The notes under the pieces are model-generated. The model was given only the letters and a program-made list of their open reading frames with translations. It was not told the DNA's origin and did no database searches. From positions 20,995-84,994 of the forward strand of contig VGGL01000001.1 in NCBI GenBank assembly GCA_016868575.1: a DNA stretch of 64,000 nucleotides, given 5' to 3'. Source of the stretch: Bacteroidota bacterium (GTDB lineage: Bacteria > Bacteroidota > Bacteroidia > Bacteroidales > FEN-979). Positions 56,606 to 64,000 of this stretch are shown here, piece after piece. The stretch's first letter is position 1. Every line of letters begins with the position of its first letter. The translations under genes were made by a program, and so were the position numbers.

Positions 56606-59431
56606 TCAATGTGCTTCCAGCCAATTCTTCCCGGTATTCATCTCTACTTCCACGGGTACCTGAAGGGCAATGGCGTTTTTCATACCTGTTTCAATGATGG
56701 GTTTGACCATTTCCAGCTCATCCTGATGAACGTCGAATACCAGCTCGTCGTGTACCTGGAGGATCATCCGGCTTTTGAATGCCTGTTTCTGAAACTCCTG
56801 ATGGATGCGGATCATGGCGATCTTGATCATGTCGGCGGCCGATCCCTGGATGGGGGCGTTGATGGCATTGCGTTCGGCAAATCCGCGCACTGCGGAATTC
56901 TGTGAATGGATGTCCCGCAGGTACCGCCGGCGCTTCATCAGCGTCTCCACATACCCTTTTTCGCGGGCAGAGCGGATGGTTTCATCCATGTAAGCCTTGA
57001 TGCCCGGATATTGCTTGAAATATTGTTCGATGATGGAGGCGGCCTCTTTTCTTGGAATGTTCAACCGCTCACTCAACCCGAATGCGGAAATACCATAGAT
57101 GATGCCGAAGTTGACCGTCTTGGCATGTCGGCGCATTTCTTTCGTCACCAGGTCGGGAGATATCCCATAAACTTTTGCAGCGGTGGCCGTATGGATGTCA
57201 AGTCCCTGGCGGAAGTCGTTGATCATGGATGGATCGCCGCTCAGGCTGGCAATGATGCGGAGCTCAATCTGGGAGTAGTCGGCTGACAGGAGGATATACC
57301 GGTCATTTCTTGGGATGAATGCTTTCCGGATCTCCCTTCCCCGTTCGGTACGGATTGGAATATTTTGGAGGTTGGGATTATTGGAACTCAGCCGCCCGGT
57401 GGCCGCCACCGTTTGGTTGAAAGAGGTATGTACCCGTCCGTCCCGTTGGCTGATCAGGGTGGGCAATACGTCCACATAGGTTGACTTCAGCTTGGTCAGG
57501 GAACGGTAATCAAGGATCATTTGTACCACCGGGTGTTTATTCACCAGTTTGGTAAGCACATCTTCACTGGTGGAATATTGTTTCGTCCGGGTTTGTTTGG
57601 GATTTTCGATGATCTTCAGGTGATCGAACAGCACTTCGCCCAATTGGCGCGGTGAAGCGACATTGAAAGTTTTTCCTGATGCGGAGAATATCTCCTTTTC
57701 CACCTGCCTGATCTCTTGTTCGAGTTGAAATGCATACTCCTGCAGAAAACCGGGGTCAATCCTTACCCCTTCCGCTTCCATGGAAGCAAGTACAGGAACC
57801 AGCGGGATCTCAATCTCCCCGAACAGATCCATCACACCTGATTCAACCAGCATGGGTTCGAATACTTCCCGCAACCGGAGGGTGATGTCGGCATCCTCGC
57901 AAGCATATTCGCAGATGGTTTCAATATCCACCGTCCGCATGCTCAGTTGTCCGCTCCCTTTCTTGCCGATCAGTTTCTCGATGGATACCGGCGTATAATG
58001 AAGATAGGTTTCAGCCAGAAAATCCATGTTGTGCCGCAGGTCAGGCTGCAGAAGGTAATGAGCCAGCATGGTGTCAAACAAAGGACCTTTTACTTCAACA
58101 TCATACCAACGGAGGATGGAGATATCAAACTTCAGGTTCTGACCTGTTTTCCCTTTTTTCTCATCTTCCAGCGGGGGCTTGAATTCCGACAGGATCGTAC
58201 AGGCTTCATGGTAATTTTCCGAAATTGGAACATAGAAAGCTTCCCCCGGTTTCATGGAGAAGGAGAGCCCGACCAGTTCAGATTCATTCGGATCCAGACC
58301 GGTTGTTTCGGTGTCGAAACAGAAAGATGACGACTCTAGCAGCAAAGTGATCAGTTCCGCTCTCTTTTCAACAGTATTTATGAGGTGATATTGATGGGGG
58401 GTGTTGGAGATGTTGGAGGTTGGAGGATGGAGGATGGAGGATGGAGGGGTAAGTCCGGGGAGCTGAGTCTGAACTGTGAAGTCTGAAATGACTTCACTGC
58501 CTTCTGACTTCTGGCTTCTGGCTTCTGGCTTCTGACTTCTTTCCTCCTCTTCCATCCACCTGAACACCCGCTGCCCGAAATTGCGGAATTCCAGCTCATT
58601 GAACAATGCCTGCAATTTTTCAGGATCGGGATGTTGTCTGATCAATTGATCTTCTTCAAAGGATATCGGCACATCGAGAATGATTGTCGCCAGCCGTTTG
58701 GAAAACAACGCTTTATCAGTATTTTCAAGGACTTTCTCCCGCAGTTTTGGATTTTTTATTTGATCGGCCTGCCGGATCAGGTTTTCAACATTATCGAATT
58801 CAGCGATCAGTTTCTTGGCGGTTACTTCACCCACTCCGGGAATGCCAGGGATGTTGTCGGAGGTATCACCCATCAATCCGAGGAGATCGATAACCTGTGC
58901 AGGTCGCTGGATGCCGAATTTTTCACACACCTCTTTGATGCCCATGATAACAGGCGGGTCGCCCATCTTGGAAGGCTTATATATCCGGGTTTTTTCAGTG
59001 ACCAGCTGCCCGAAATCCTTGTCAGACGTCATCATATAGGTCAAAAACCCGTTTTTTTCAGCCTCCTTAGCCAATGTACCGATGACATCATCCGCCTCAT
59101 AGCCATCCACTTCAAGTACCGGGACATTAAAAGCCTCCAAAATGGCTTTGATGTAAGGGATAGAAAGGATCAGATCTTCCGGTGTCTCCTGCCGGGTGGC
59201 TTTATACTCGAGAAACTCTTCATGCCGTACGGTTGGGGCCATCGTGTCGAATGCAGCGCCGATGTGCGTTGGTTTTTCATTTTTTAGCAGATCAAACAAG
59301 GTATTGGCAAAGCCGAGTATCGCAGAGGTATTCAATCCTTTGGAATTAAACCACGGCGTTTTATTCAACGCATAGAAAGCGCGGTAGATCAGCGCCATGG
59401 AATCCAGCAGGAAGAGTTTCTTTTCCATCAT
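56606..59431 (-). CDS. polA: DNA polymerase I.
   Basis: The 5'-nuclease N-terminus reads KLFLLDSMALIYRAFYA. The 3'-5' exo motif is CFDTETTGLD. Polymerase motifs include DYSQIELR and QVHDELVFDV. The start was set at the ATG at 59431. Confidence 0.95.
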   Translation of the reverse strand: MMEKKLFLLDSMALIYRAFYALNKTPWFNSKGLNTSAILGFANTLFDLLKNEKPTHIGAAFDTMAPTVRHEEFLEYKATRQETPEDLILSIPYIKAILEAFNVPVLEVDGYEADDVIGTLAKEAEKNGFLTYMMTSDKDFGQLVTEKTRIYKPSKMGDPPVIMGIKEVCEKFGIQRPAQVIDLLGLMGDTSDNIPGIPGVGEVTAKKLIAEFDNVENLIRQADQIKNPKLREKVLENTDKALFSKRLATIILDVPISFEEDQLIRQHPDPEKLQALFNELEFRNFGQRVFRWMEEEERSQKPEARSQKSEGSEVISDFTVQTQLPGLTPPSSILHPPTSNISNTPHQYHLINTVEKRAELITLLLESSSFCFDTETTGLDPNESELVGLSFSMKPGEAFYVPISENYHEACTILSEFKPPLEDEKKGKTGQNLKFDISILRWYDVEVKGPLFDTMLAHYLLQPDLRHNMDFLAETYLHYTPVSIEKLIGKKGSGQLSMRTVDIETICEYACEDADITLRLREVFEPMLVESGVMDLFGEIEIPLVPVLASMEAEGVRIDPGFLQEYAFQLEQEIRQVEKEIFSASGKTFNVASPRQLGEVLFDHLKIIENPKQTRTKQYSTSEDVLTKLVNKHPVVQMILDYRSLTKLKSTYVDVLPTLISQRDGRVHTSFNQTVAATGRLSSNNPNLQNIPIRTERGREIRKAFIPRNDRYILLSADYSQIELRIIASLSGDPSMINDFRQGLDIHTATAAKVYGISPDLVTKEMRRHAKTVNFGIIYGISAFGLSERLNIPRKEAASIIEQYFKQYPGIKAYMDETIRSAREKGYVETLMKRRRYLRDIHSQNSAVRGFAERNAINAPIQGSAADMIKIAMIRIHQEFQKQAFKSRMILQVHDELVFDVHQDELEMVKPIIETGMKNAIALQVPVEVEMNTGKNWLEAH
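58403..58539. repeat. Two heptanucleotide tandem-repeat blocks inside the polA inter-domain linker.
   Basis: GGAGGAT occurs in 3 full copies plus a degenerate fourth copy (58422-58449) and degenerate flanking copies. CTTCTGR occurs ~5.5 times (58501-58539). On the coding strand these encode PPSSILHPPTS and RSQKPEARSQKSEG. Confidence 0.9.
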
Positions 59432-59526
59432 GTTGTAAAGGTACAGAAATTCCTGAGTCAGCTTCTTCAACAGCCGCCTGTGCATATTTTCTTCCGGAGC
59501 CATGTTCGAAGGCATATATTGACATG

Positions 59527-59534
59527 TATCTTTG
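59527..59534 (+). promoter_or_regulatory. -7 promoter box (TATCTTTG) for the PIN-PhoH gene.
   Basis: TAnnTTTG match 19 nt upstream of the ATG at 59554. It lies downstream of the track's ATG at 59524, which argues against that start. Confidence 0.5.
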
Positions 59535-59553
59535 GATGCTAAATTTCCACGAC

Positions 59554-60888
59554 ATGCCTGCGAAAAAATCAGGAGAGAGGAAAATCTTTGTGCTGGATAC
59601 CTCTGTTATCCTTTATAACCATAGCGCAATCAACAGCTTCGAGGACAATGACGTCGCCATTCCCATCACCGTTCTCGAGGAACTTGACAACTTTAAGAAG
59701 GGCAACGACACCATCAACTATGAAGCCCGTGAATTCATCCGGATCATGGACAAGCTTTCGCAGAAAAGCACCCTGACGAATTGGATCCCGCTGAAGAATG
59801 CCAAGGGGAAGTTTAAGGTGATCATGAATGAGCAAAGCGATCTGGATGCCCAGAAGATCTTCGGAGAGGTGAAACCCGACCACCGCATCCTGAATGCCGC
59901 CCTGTCGGTGCAAGCTGAAAACCCTGCGAAAAAAATCATCCTGGTTACCAAGGATATCAACCTTCGCATCAAAGCCAAGTCTCTCGACATTCCCGCAGAA
60001 GACTTTGAAACCGGCAAGGTGAAGGATGTCGAACAGCTTTACAGCGGAAAAACAGCTATAGAAGGGATGGATCGGGATACCATCGATTACATTTACCAGG
60101 AAGGCTATTGCATGCCAAAGGACATCGGCATCACCAACCCCGTTCCTAACCATTACTACATCATCAAGAATACCAAGACCAGTGTGCTGGCTTTTTTCAA
60201 TGCTGTTTCCGGACACATTGAGAAGATCGAGAAGCATCCCTGCTACCGCATCACGCCACGAAATGCCGAACAGGTATTTGCCTTTCATGCCATCCTGAAC
60301 CCGCAAGTCCGCCTGGTTACCCTGCAGGGCATTGCAGGCACCGGGAAAACCCTCCTGGCGCTGGCCGGAGCGCTGGAGCAGAAACGAAACTGCAAGCAGA
60401 TATACCTGGCTCGCCCCATCGTTCCCTTAAGCAATAAAGATATCGGATACCTGCCGGGAGACATCAAATCCAAACTCAACCCTTACATGGAACCGCTGTG
60501 GGACAACCTGAAATTCATCCAGAATCAATACAGCGAAAAGGACAAGGAGTATAAAAACATCGGGGAACTCGTTGAAAACGAAAAACTGGTGATCACTCCG
60601 TTAGCCTATATCCGCGGCCGCAGCATCTCCAATGTGTTTTTCATCGTCGACGAAGCCCAAAACCTCACACCCCACGAGATCAAAACCATCATCACCCGCG
60701 CCGGAGAAAATACCAAGATCGTCTTCACCGGCGACATTTACCAGATCGATACCCCTTATCTCGATGCACAAAGCAACGGCCTGTCCGTGATGATTGAAAA
60801 GATCAAACACCATCCGCTCTATGCGCACGTAAGGCTGGAAAAGGGAGAAAGATCGGAGCTGGCAAACATTGCCAACGAAATGCTGTAA
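59554..60888 (+). CDS. PhoH2-type protein: N-terminal PIN domain fused to a PhoH-like ATPase.
   Basis: The PIN N-terminus is IFVLDTSVIL...PITVLEELD. Walker A is GIAGTGKTLLALA, and the Walker B region is FFIVDEAQNL. Confidence 0.85.
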   Translation: MPAKKSGERKIFVLDTSVILYNHSAINSFEDNDVAIPITVLEELDNFKKGNDTINYEAREFIRIMDKLSQKSTLTNWIPLKNAKGKFKVIMNEQSDLDAQKIFGEVKPDHRILNAALSVQAENPAKKIILVTKDINLRIKAKSLDIPAEDFETGKVKDVEQLYSGKTAIEGMDRDTIDYIYQEGYCMPKDIGITNPVPNHYYIIKNTKTSVLAFFNAVSGHIEKIEKHPCYRITPRNAEQVFAFHAILNPQVRLVTLQGIAGTGKTLLALAGALEQKRNCKQIYLARPIVPLSNKDIGYLPGDIKSKLNPYMEPLWDNLKFIQNQYSEKDKEYKNIGELVENEKLVITPLAYIRGRSISNVFFIVDEAQNLTPHEIKTIITRAGENTKIVFTGDIYQIDTPYLDAQSNGLSVMIEKIKHHPLYAHVRLEKGERSELANIANEML

Positions 60889-60892
60889 AACG

Positions 60893-61882
60893 CTATTCTT
60901 CTTCCATGATCACCGTCATGACCGTTTGACCCACAGCCTTCAGCGTGGCAGGAGAGATGTGTTCCATGTTGTCACTCGTCGTATGCCAATATGGGAAAAA
61001 GCCTGTTTTCGTGGACTTGTCGGTGTGAATGATATCAATGGTCGGTATCTTCCGGATGGTATTGATAAAATAATGATCATCGGTGATGTTCGACCCTTCT
61101 TCCATCGGGAAATACGAGGCATAACCGACCCTGGCAGCTGTCGACCACACCAGCTTGACCACGTCCGGAGCGTACATCAGAGAGAATAGTTCCATGTAAA
61201 ACGTTGCATGGTGCGCGCCAACCATGTCGAGGAGGATGCCATATTTGGCAAAATATTTTTCGATGTGCTGCCGGCGTGACCAGTATTGAGAGCCGAGTCC
61301 CCAGTCCGATTCCGAATGGTCACCCGATTGCATGTCTGAAGGACGGCCATAGTCTTCCACATCGAAAAAGATCAGGTCAATGCCAATGGGTGGTTGTGTT
61401 TGTGACAGAAGCCTGGCGATTTCCATGATCACACCAACCCCGCTGGCGCCATCATTGGCGCCATCAACCGGCAAATGTCGCCTGGAAGGATCGGGATCAT
61501 GATCGGCAAAAGGCCTCGAATCCCAGTGGGCACAAATAAAAATACGGTTGTTGGTTCCGGGTTGATACGACCCGATGATGTTTTTCATCCCGAGTTTCTT
61601 GCCATCATATGCAGTTACCGTTCCTGTTTGAACATGCACTTCAGCCCCATATTGCCTAAGCTTTCGCGCCAGGTATGCCGCACAGGAATCATGCGCCGGT
61701 GAACCGGGTACCCGCGGACCAAAGGCAACCTGCTCAGCCACAAACCGGTAAGCGGAATCGCCATCGAATGACGGAACGGTCACCCGCTTCGCCACTTTAT
61801 CTTTCTTTTGTTCCTTGTCTCCTCCGCAGGAAGCCAATAACAGGATCATGATTAAGGATAATAACCCAAAGGAGTGTTTCAT
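60893..61882 (-). CDS. M28-fold lipoprotein, glutaminyl-cyclase-like.
   Basis: Lipobox LLASC. Metal-site blocks are ICAHWDSRPFADHD, DGANDGASGVGVIMEIARLL and LIFFDVEDYG. Confidence 0.7.
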   Translation of the reverse strand: MKHSFGLLSLIMILLLASCGGDKEQKKDKVAKRVTVPSFDGDSAYRFVAEQVAFGPRVPGSPAHDSCAAYLARKLRQYGAEVHVQTGTVTAYDGKKLGMKNIIGSYQPGTNNRIFICAHWDSRPFADHDPDPSRRHLPVDGANDGASGVGVIMEIARLLSQTQPPIGIDLIFFDVEDYGRPSDMQSGDHSESDWGLGSQYWSRRQHIEKYFAKYGILLDMVGAHHATFYMELFSLMYAPDVVKLVWSTAARVGYASYFPMEEGSNITDDHYFINTIRKIPTIDIIHTDKSTKTGFFPYWHTTSDNMEHISPATLKAVGQTVMTVIMEEE

Positions 61883-61887
61883 GGATC

Positions 61888-62202
61888 TCAGTTTCTATCG
61901 GTAAATATTGATGATGGATGACCAAATTCTGTTTCGAAGATGAACTGGTCAAAATCAAGCCTTGTTCGCGGTGCCATTTCCGGCTTACACCCTAAGATAA
62001 AGCGCCATGGTTGCTCATTCATGGCCGAAGGGGCCCACCGGGCAGCCTCAAAAAGACGCTGCAAAATCGTTGCTTCTATAGGCCTCTCATCAAAAGCACG
62101 GGGGCTCCAGCGTTTTTTTAGAAGCTCGTGAATGTCATATCGGGTTACTGCCGGCTTATCCATAGCTGCTTTGCTTATGTTTTTTTTCTGTTCATGATCC
62201 AT
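61888..62202 (-). pseudogene. Nitroreductase-family remnant (104 aa) with an apparent in-frame internal deletion.
   Basis: The N-terminal block is LLKKRWSPRAFDERPIEATILQRLFEAARWAPSAMNEQPWRFIL. After only ~10 residues it runs into a C-terminal-type tail (RTRLDFDQFIFETEFGHP). Full-length family members are roughly twice this size. The ORF overlaps the lnt 3' end by 28 nt. Confidence 0.5.
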
Positions 62203-63785
62203 GATACCAATGTCAGCAGAAGCAATAAAAAGGTTGTAAACATGGCGATACGGGCCAGGTAATCGCCATATCTGACGTAAAAAGTCAGGGTATCATTCGA
62301 ATTTAAAATGCCCTTGATAGCTGCCGGTTCCCAGTAAGGGGTAACCTGCCAGGCATCACCCCGCTGGTCAATAAATGCGGAGATCCCGGTGTTGGCAGAC
62401 CGGGCAATACCCCTGCGGGTTTCAATGGCGCGAAGTTTTGAGAAAAGAAAATGTTGCCGGTGCCCTGGTGTGTTCCCCCACCAGCCATCATTGGTAATGA
62501 CAAACATCAGCTGCGCGCCGTTCTTTACGTAGGTCGCAAAATATTCTCCGAAAATCGATTCATAACAGATCGTTACACCTATGTTTTTTCCGATTACCGG
62601 TATCCGGAAAACCCTTCGCACCGAGTCAACACCCAGACTGCCGACAGTGCCTCCGAGATCAATGGCATATTGCTCCAGCCACCGGAAGTTCCGGAAGGAA
62701 GGTAGCTTTTCAACACCCGGCGTCAGCTTCGATTTGTGAGAATACCCGATGATTCCCGCCGAGTCGATGATAAACGCAGTGTTGTATGCATCGTAATAGA
62801 GCTCTGCATCAGGATATGTCCGGGCAGTCATGCTGATCTTTTCTCCGGGTTGAAACAACCTGAAGGTCGATGCACCCACGATCATGACCACACCCTGATG
62901 GTGTCGGCTGAAATCCCTGAAATATAATACACTTGGATAGTTGGGGAGATCATTTTCCCAGATCTTCTCCTGGATAGCTGACTCCGGCGACACCACAATG
63001 GAGACACTGCTATCCATTTGCTGACTCGCCAGAAACTCCATCCTGCGGACCACCTCCATGGGATCCAACGCATACTGTTCACTGTACGGATCAAGGTTGG
63101 GTTGAACCACGATAATGCTCACCGGCTCGTCCTTTTCAACATACCGATGGTAACGGAAAAGGGAGAAAACCATCGGTATCGCAAGGACTGATATGATGGA
63201 TGTAATTAATCCCAGGCGATGCCTGACAGCATTTCCGGGTAAAAAGGTTTTGATGAGCAGGAATAGTAAGATGTTGAGAACCAGCACCCAAAGGGTTCCG
63301 CCGAAAGCACCGGTATATTCATACCATTGCACCCATTTGATCCAGGCTGCAAAACCGTTGCCCAGGTTCAGCCAGGGCCAGTTGAGATCCCAGTTCAAAT
63401 GGAGGTATTCAAACGACATCCAATAAACCACCATCGCCAGATATCCTCCGCCGCGGAAGTACATCTTTCTCCTGGAAAGGTGGAACATCATGAATACAAT
63501 CGACATGAACAGGGCGTTGAGTACAATGGCCATGATAGCGCCCATGTCTGTTGAATAGTAGATCCAGTAGGTTGTAAGCAGGTTCCACAGGAAAAAGGCA
63601 GGATAGGAGTATCCAATGGCGCTGAAAACCGTATGATCCTGCCGGTGCCGGAAGAGATGATCTTCGATGATCAGCAATGGCACCAGTCCCACAAACAACA
63701 GAAATGGGAATCCCCGCTCAGGCCATCCCAGCGTAAGGATCACGCCGGATAACAGGGACAAAAGGATCAGGTGCTTCTTTTTCAT
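62175..63785 (-). CDS. lnt: Apolipoprotein N-acyltransferase.
   Basis: Polytopic N-terminus and a C-terminal CN-hydrolase domain with ICYESIFGE. The start was set at MKKKHLILLSLLSG (ATG at 63785). Confidence 0.85.
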   Translation of the reverse strand: MKKKHLILLSLLSGVILTLGWPERGFPFLLFVGLVPLLIIEDHLFRHRQDHTVFSAIGYSYPAFFLWNLLTTYWIYYSTDMGAIMAIVLNALFMSIVFMMFHLSRRKMYFRGGGYLAMVVYWMSFEYLHLNWDLNWPWLNLGNGFAAWIKWVQWYEYTGAFGGTLWVLVLNILLFLLIKTFLPGNAVRHRLGLITSIISVLAIPMVFSLFRYHRYVEKDEPVSIIVVQPNLDPYSEQYALDPMEVVRRMEFLASQQMDSSVSIVVSPESAIQEKIWENDLPNYPSVLYFRDFSRHHQGVVMIVGASTFRLFQPGEKISMTARTYPDAELYYDAYNTAFIIDSAGIIGYSHKSKLTPGVEKLPSFRNFRWLEQYAIDLGGTVGSLGVDSVRRVFRIPVIGKNIGVTICYESIFGEYFATYVKNGAQLMFVITNDGWWGNTPGHRQHFLFSKLRAIETRRGIARSANTGISAFIDQRGDAWQVTPYWEPAAIKGILNSNDTLTFYVRYGDYLARIAMFTTFLLLLLTLVSWIMNRKKT

Positions 63786-63820
63786 GATGGGAACCTTTGA
63801 CAAAAGTAACATTTCAAGGC

Positions 63821-64000
63821 TCAAGCCTCGGCTTCAGGATATAGAAAATCATTGTATGGATAACGCTGGATGTGGATTTTTCTGACTTCAACATAGATTA
63901 TTTTCCTGAGTTGATCAATGTTGGCCTTCTTCAACGCAGAGATGAACAGGGAAGGGCTGTTTGCTCTGGCAATCCAGGTCTTTTCCAGGTCGGCGAGCGT
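63821..64000 (-). CDS. hflX: GTPase HflX, 3' end only; the gene continues beyond the window.
   Basis: Hand translation of the minus strand gives an open 59-codon frame, TLADLEKTWIARANSPSLFISALKKANIDQLRKIIYVEVRKIHIQRYPYNDFLYPEAEA-stop. This matches the typical HflX C-terminus (ISA...NI..L, RYPYNDFLY). It is absent from the ORF track because there is no start codon in the window. Confidence 0.6.
   Translation of the reverse strand, partial: TLADLEKTWIARANSPSLFISALKKANIDQLRKIIYVEVRKIHIQRYPYNDFLYPEAEA

Overview
The window looks like a chromosomal segment from a Bacteroidota-type genome. Four observations support this. Three proteins carry canonical type-A T9SS C-terminal sorting domains. About ten intergenic regions carry the Bacteroidetes -7 promoter box TAnnTTTG roughly 20-35 nt upstream of a start codon. 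MurF and Alr are fused. Several signal peptides are followed by Gln.

I call about 47 CDS (including partials), 2 tRNAs (Pro-CGG, Thr-CGT), one bidirectional terminator and several short repeats. I saw no rRNA, CRISPR array, transposase, integrase or prophage.

Gene content, in order:
- A NuoF-like subunit plus a 2Fe-2S/GltD/NuoG-like mega-subunit, resembling a Stn/Bfu-type bifurcating oxidoreductase.
- A ferritin-like protein and a receiver-domain/PEP-utilizer-N protein.
- The tRNA pair, followed by secreted T9SS cargo genes.
- DPP-IV, a GGGP-synthase homologue, a PPTase and AhcY.
- A three-gene outer-membrane operon: a TonB-dependent-receptor-like barrel, a 1444-aa secreted protein with a divergent CTD, and a PorV/PorQ-like barrel.
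- GreA, HIT, PurF.
- A selenium module: SelU plus a NifS-SelD fusion.
- A lower-GC AAA+/DUF4143 gene.
- The operon pdxA, murF-alr, GT2, GT2, GT-C-like, MBOAT.
- An envelope-stress pair (PspC, toastrack), then QueA and a BNR/sialidase-like T9SS cargo.
- An M14-PKD-CUB-dockerin protease.
- Rrf2, TrmH, RluA, PolA, PIN-PhoH2, a glutaminyl-cyclase-like M28 protein, a nitroreductase remnant, Lnt and the HflX 3' end.

The best candidate for an undescribed system is the TBDR-like/giant cargo/PorV-like operon at 18151-27335. Other items worth a second look:
- Period-7 tandem repeats, both intergenic and inside polA.
- A secreted P-x-V-P-x-E-A-x-F-D/E-D repeat protein.
- The Stn-like fusion with a degenerate molybdopterin domain.
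- The polyprenol-phosphate-type glycosylation/acylation operon.
- The stand-alone AAA+/PD-(D/E)xK-like gene.

All family assignments rest on motif recognition by eye. No database searches were run.
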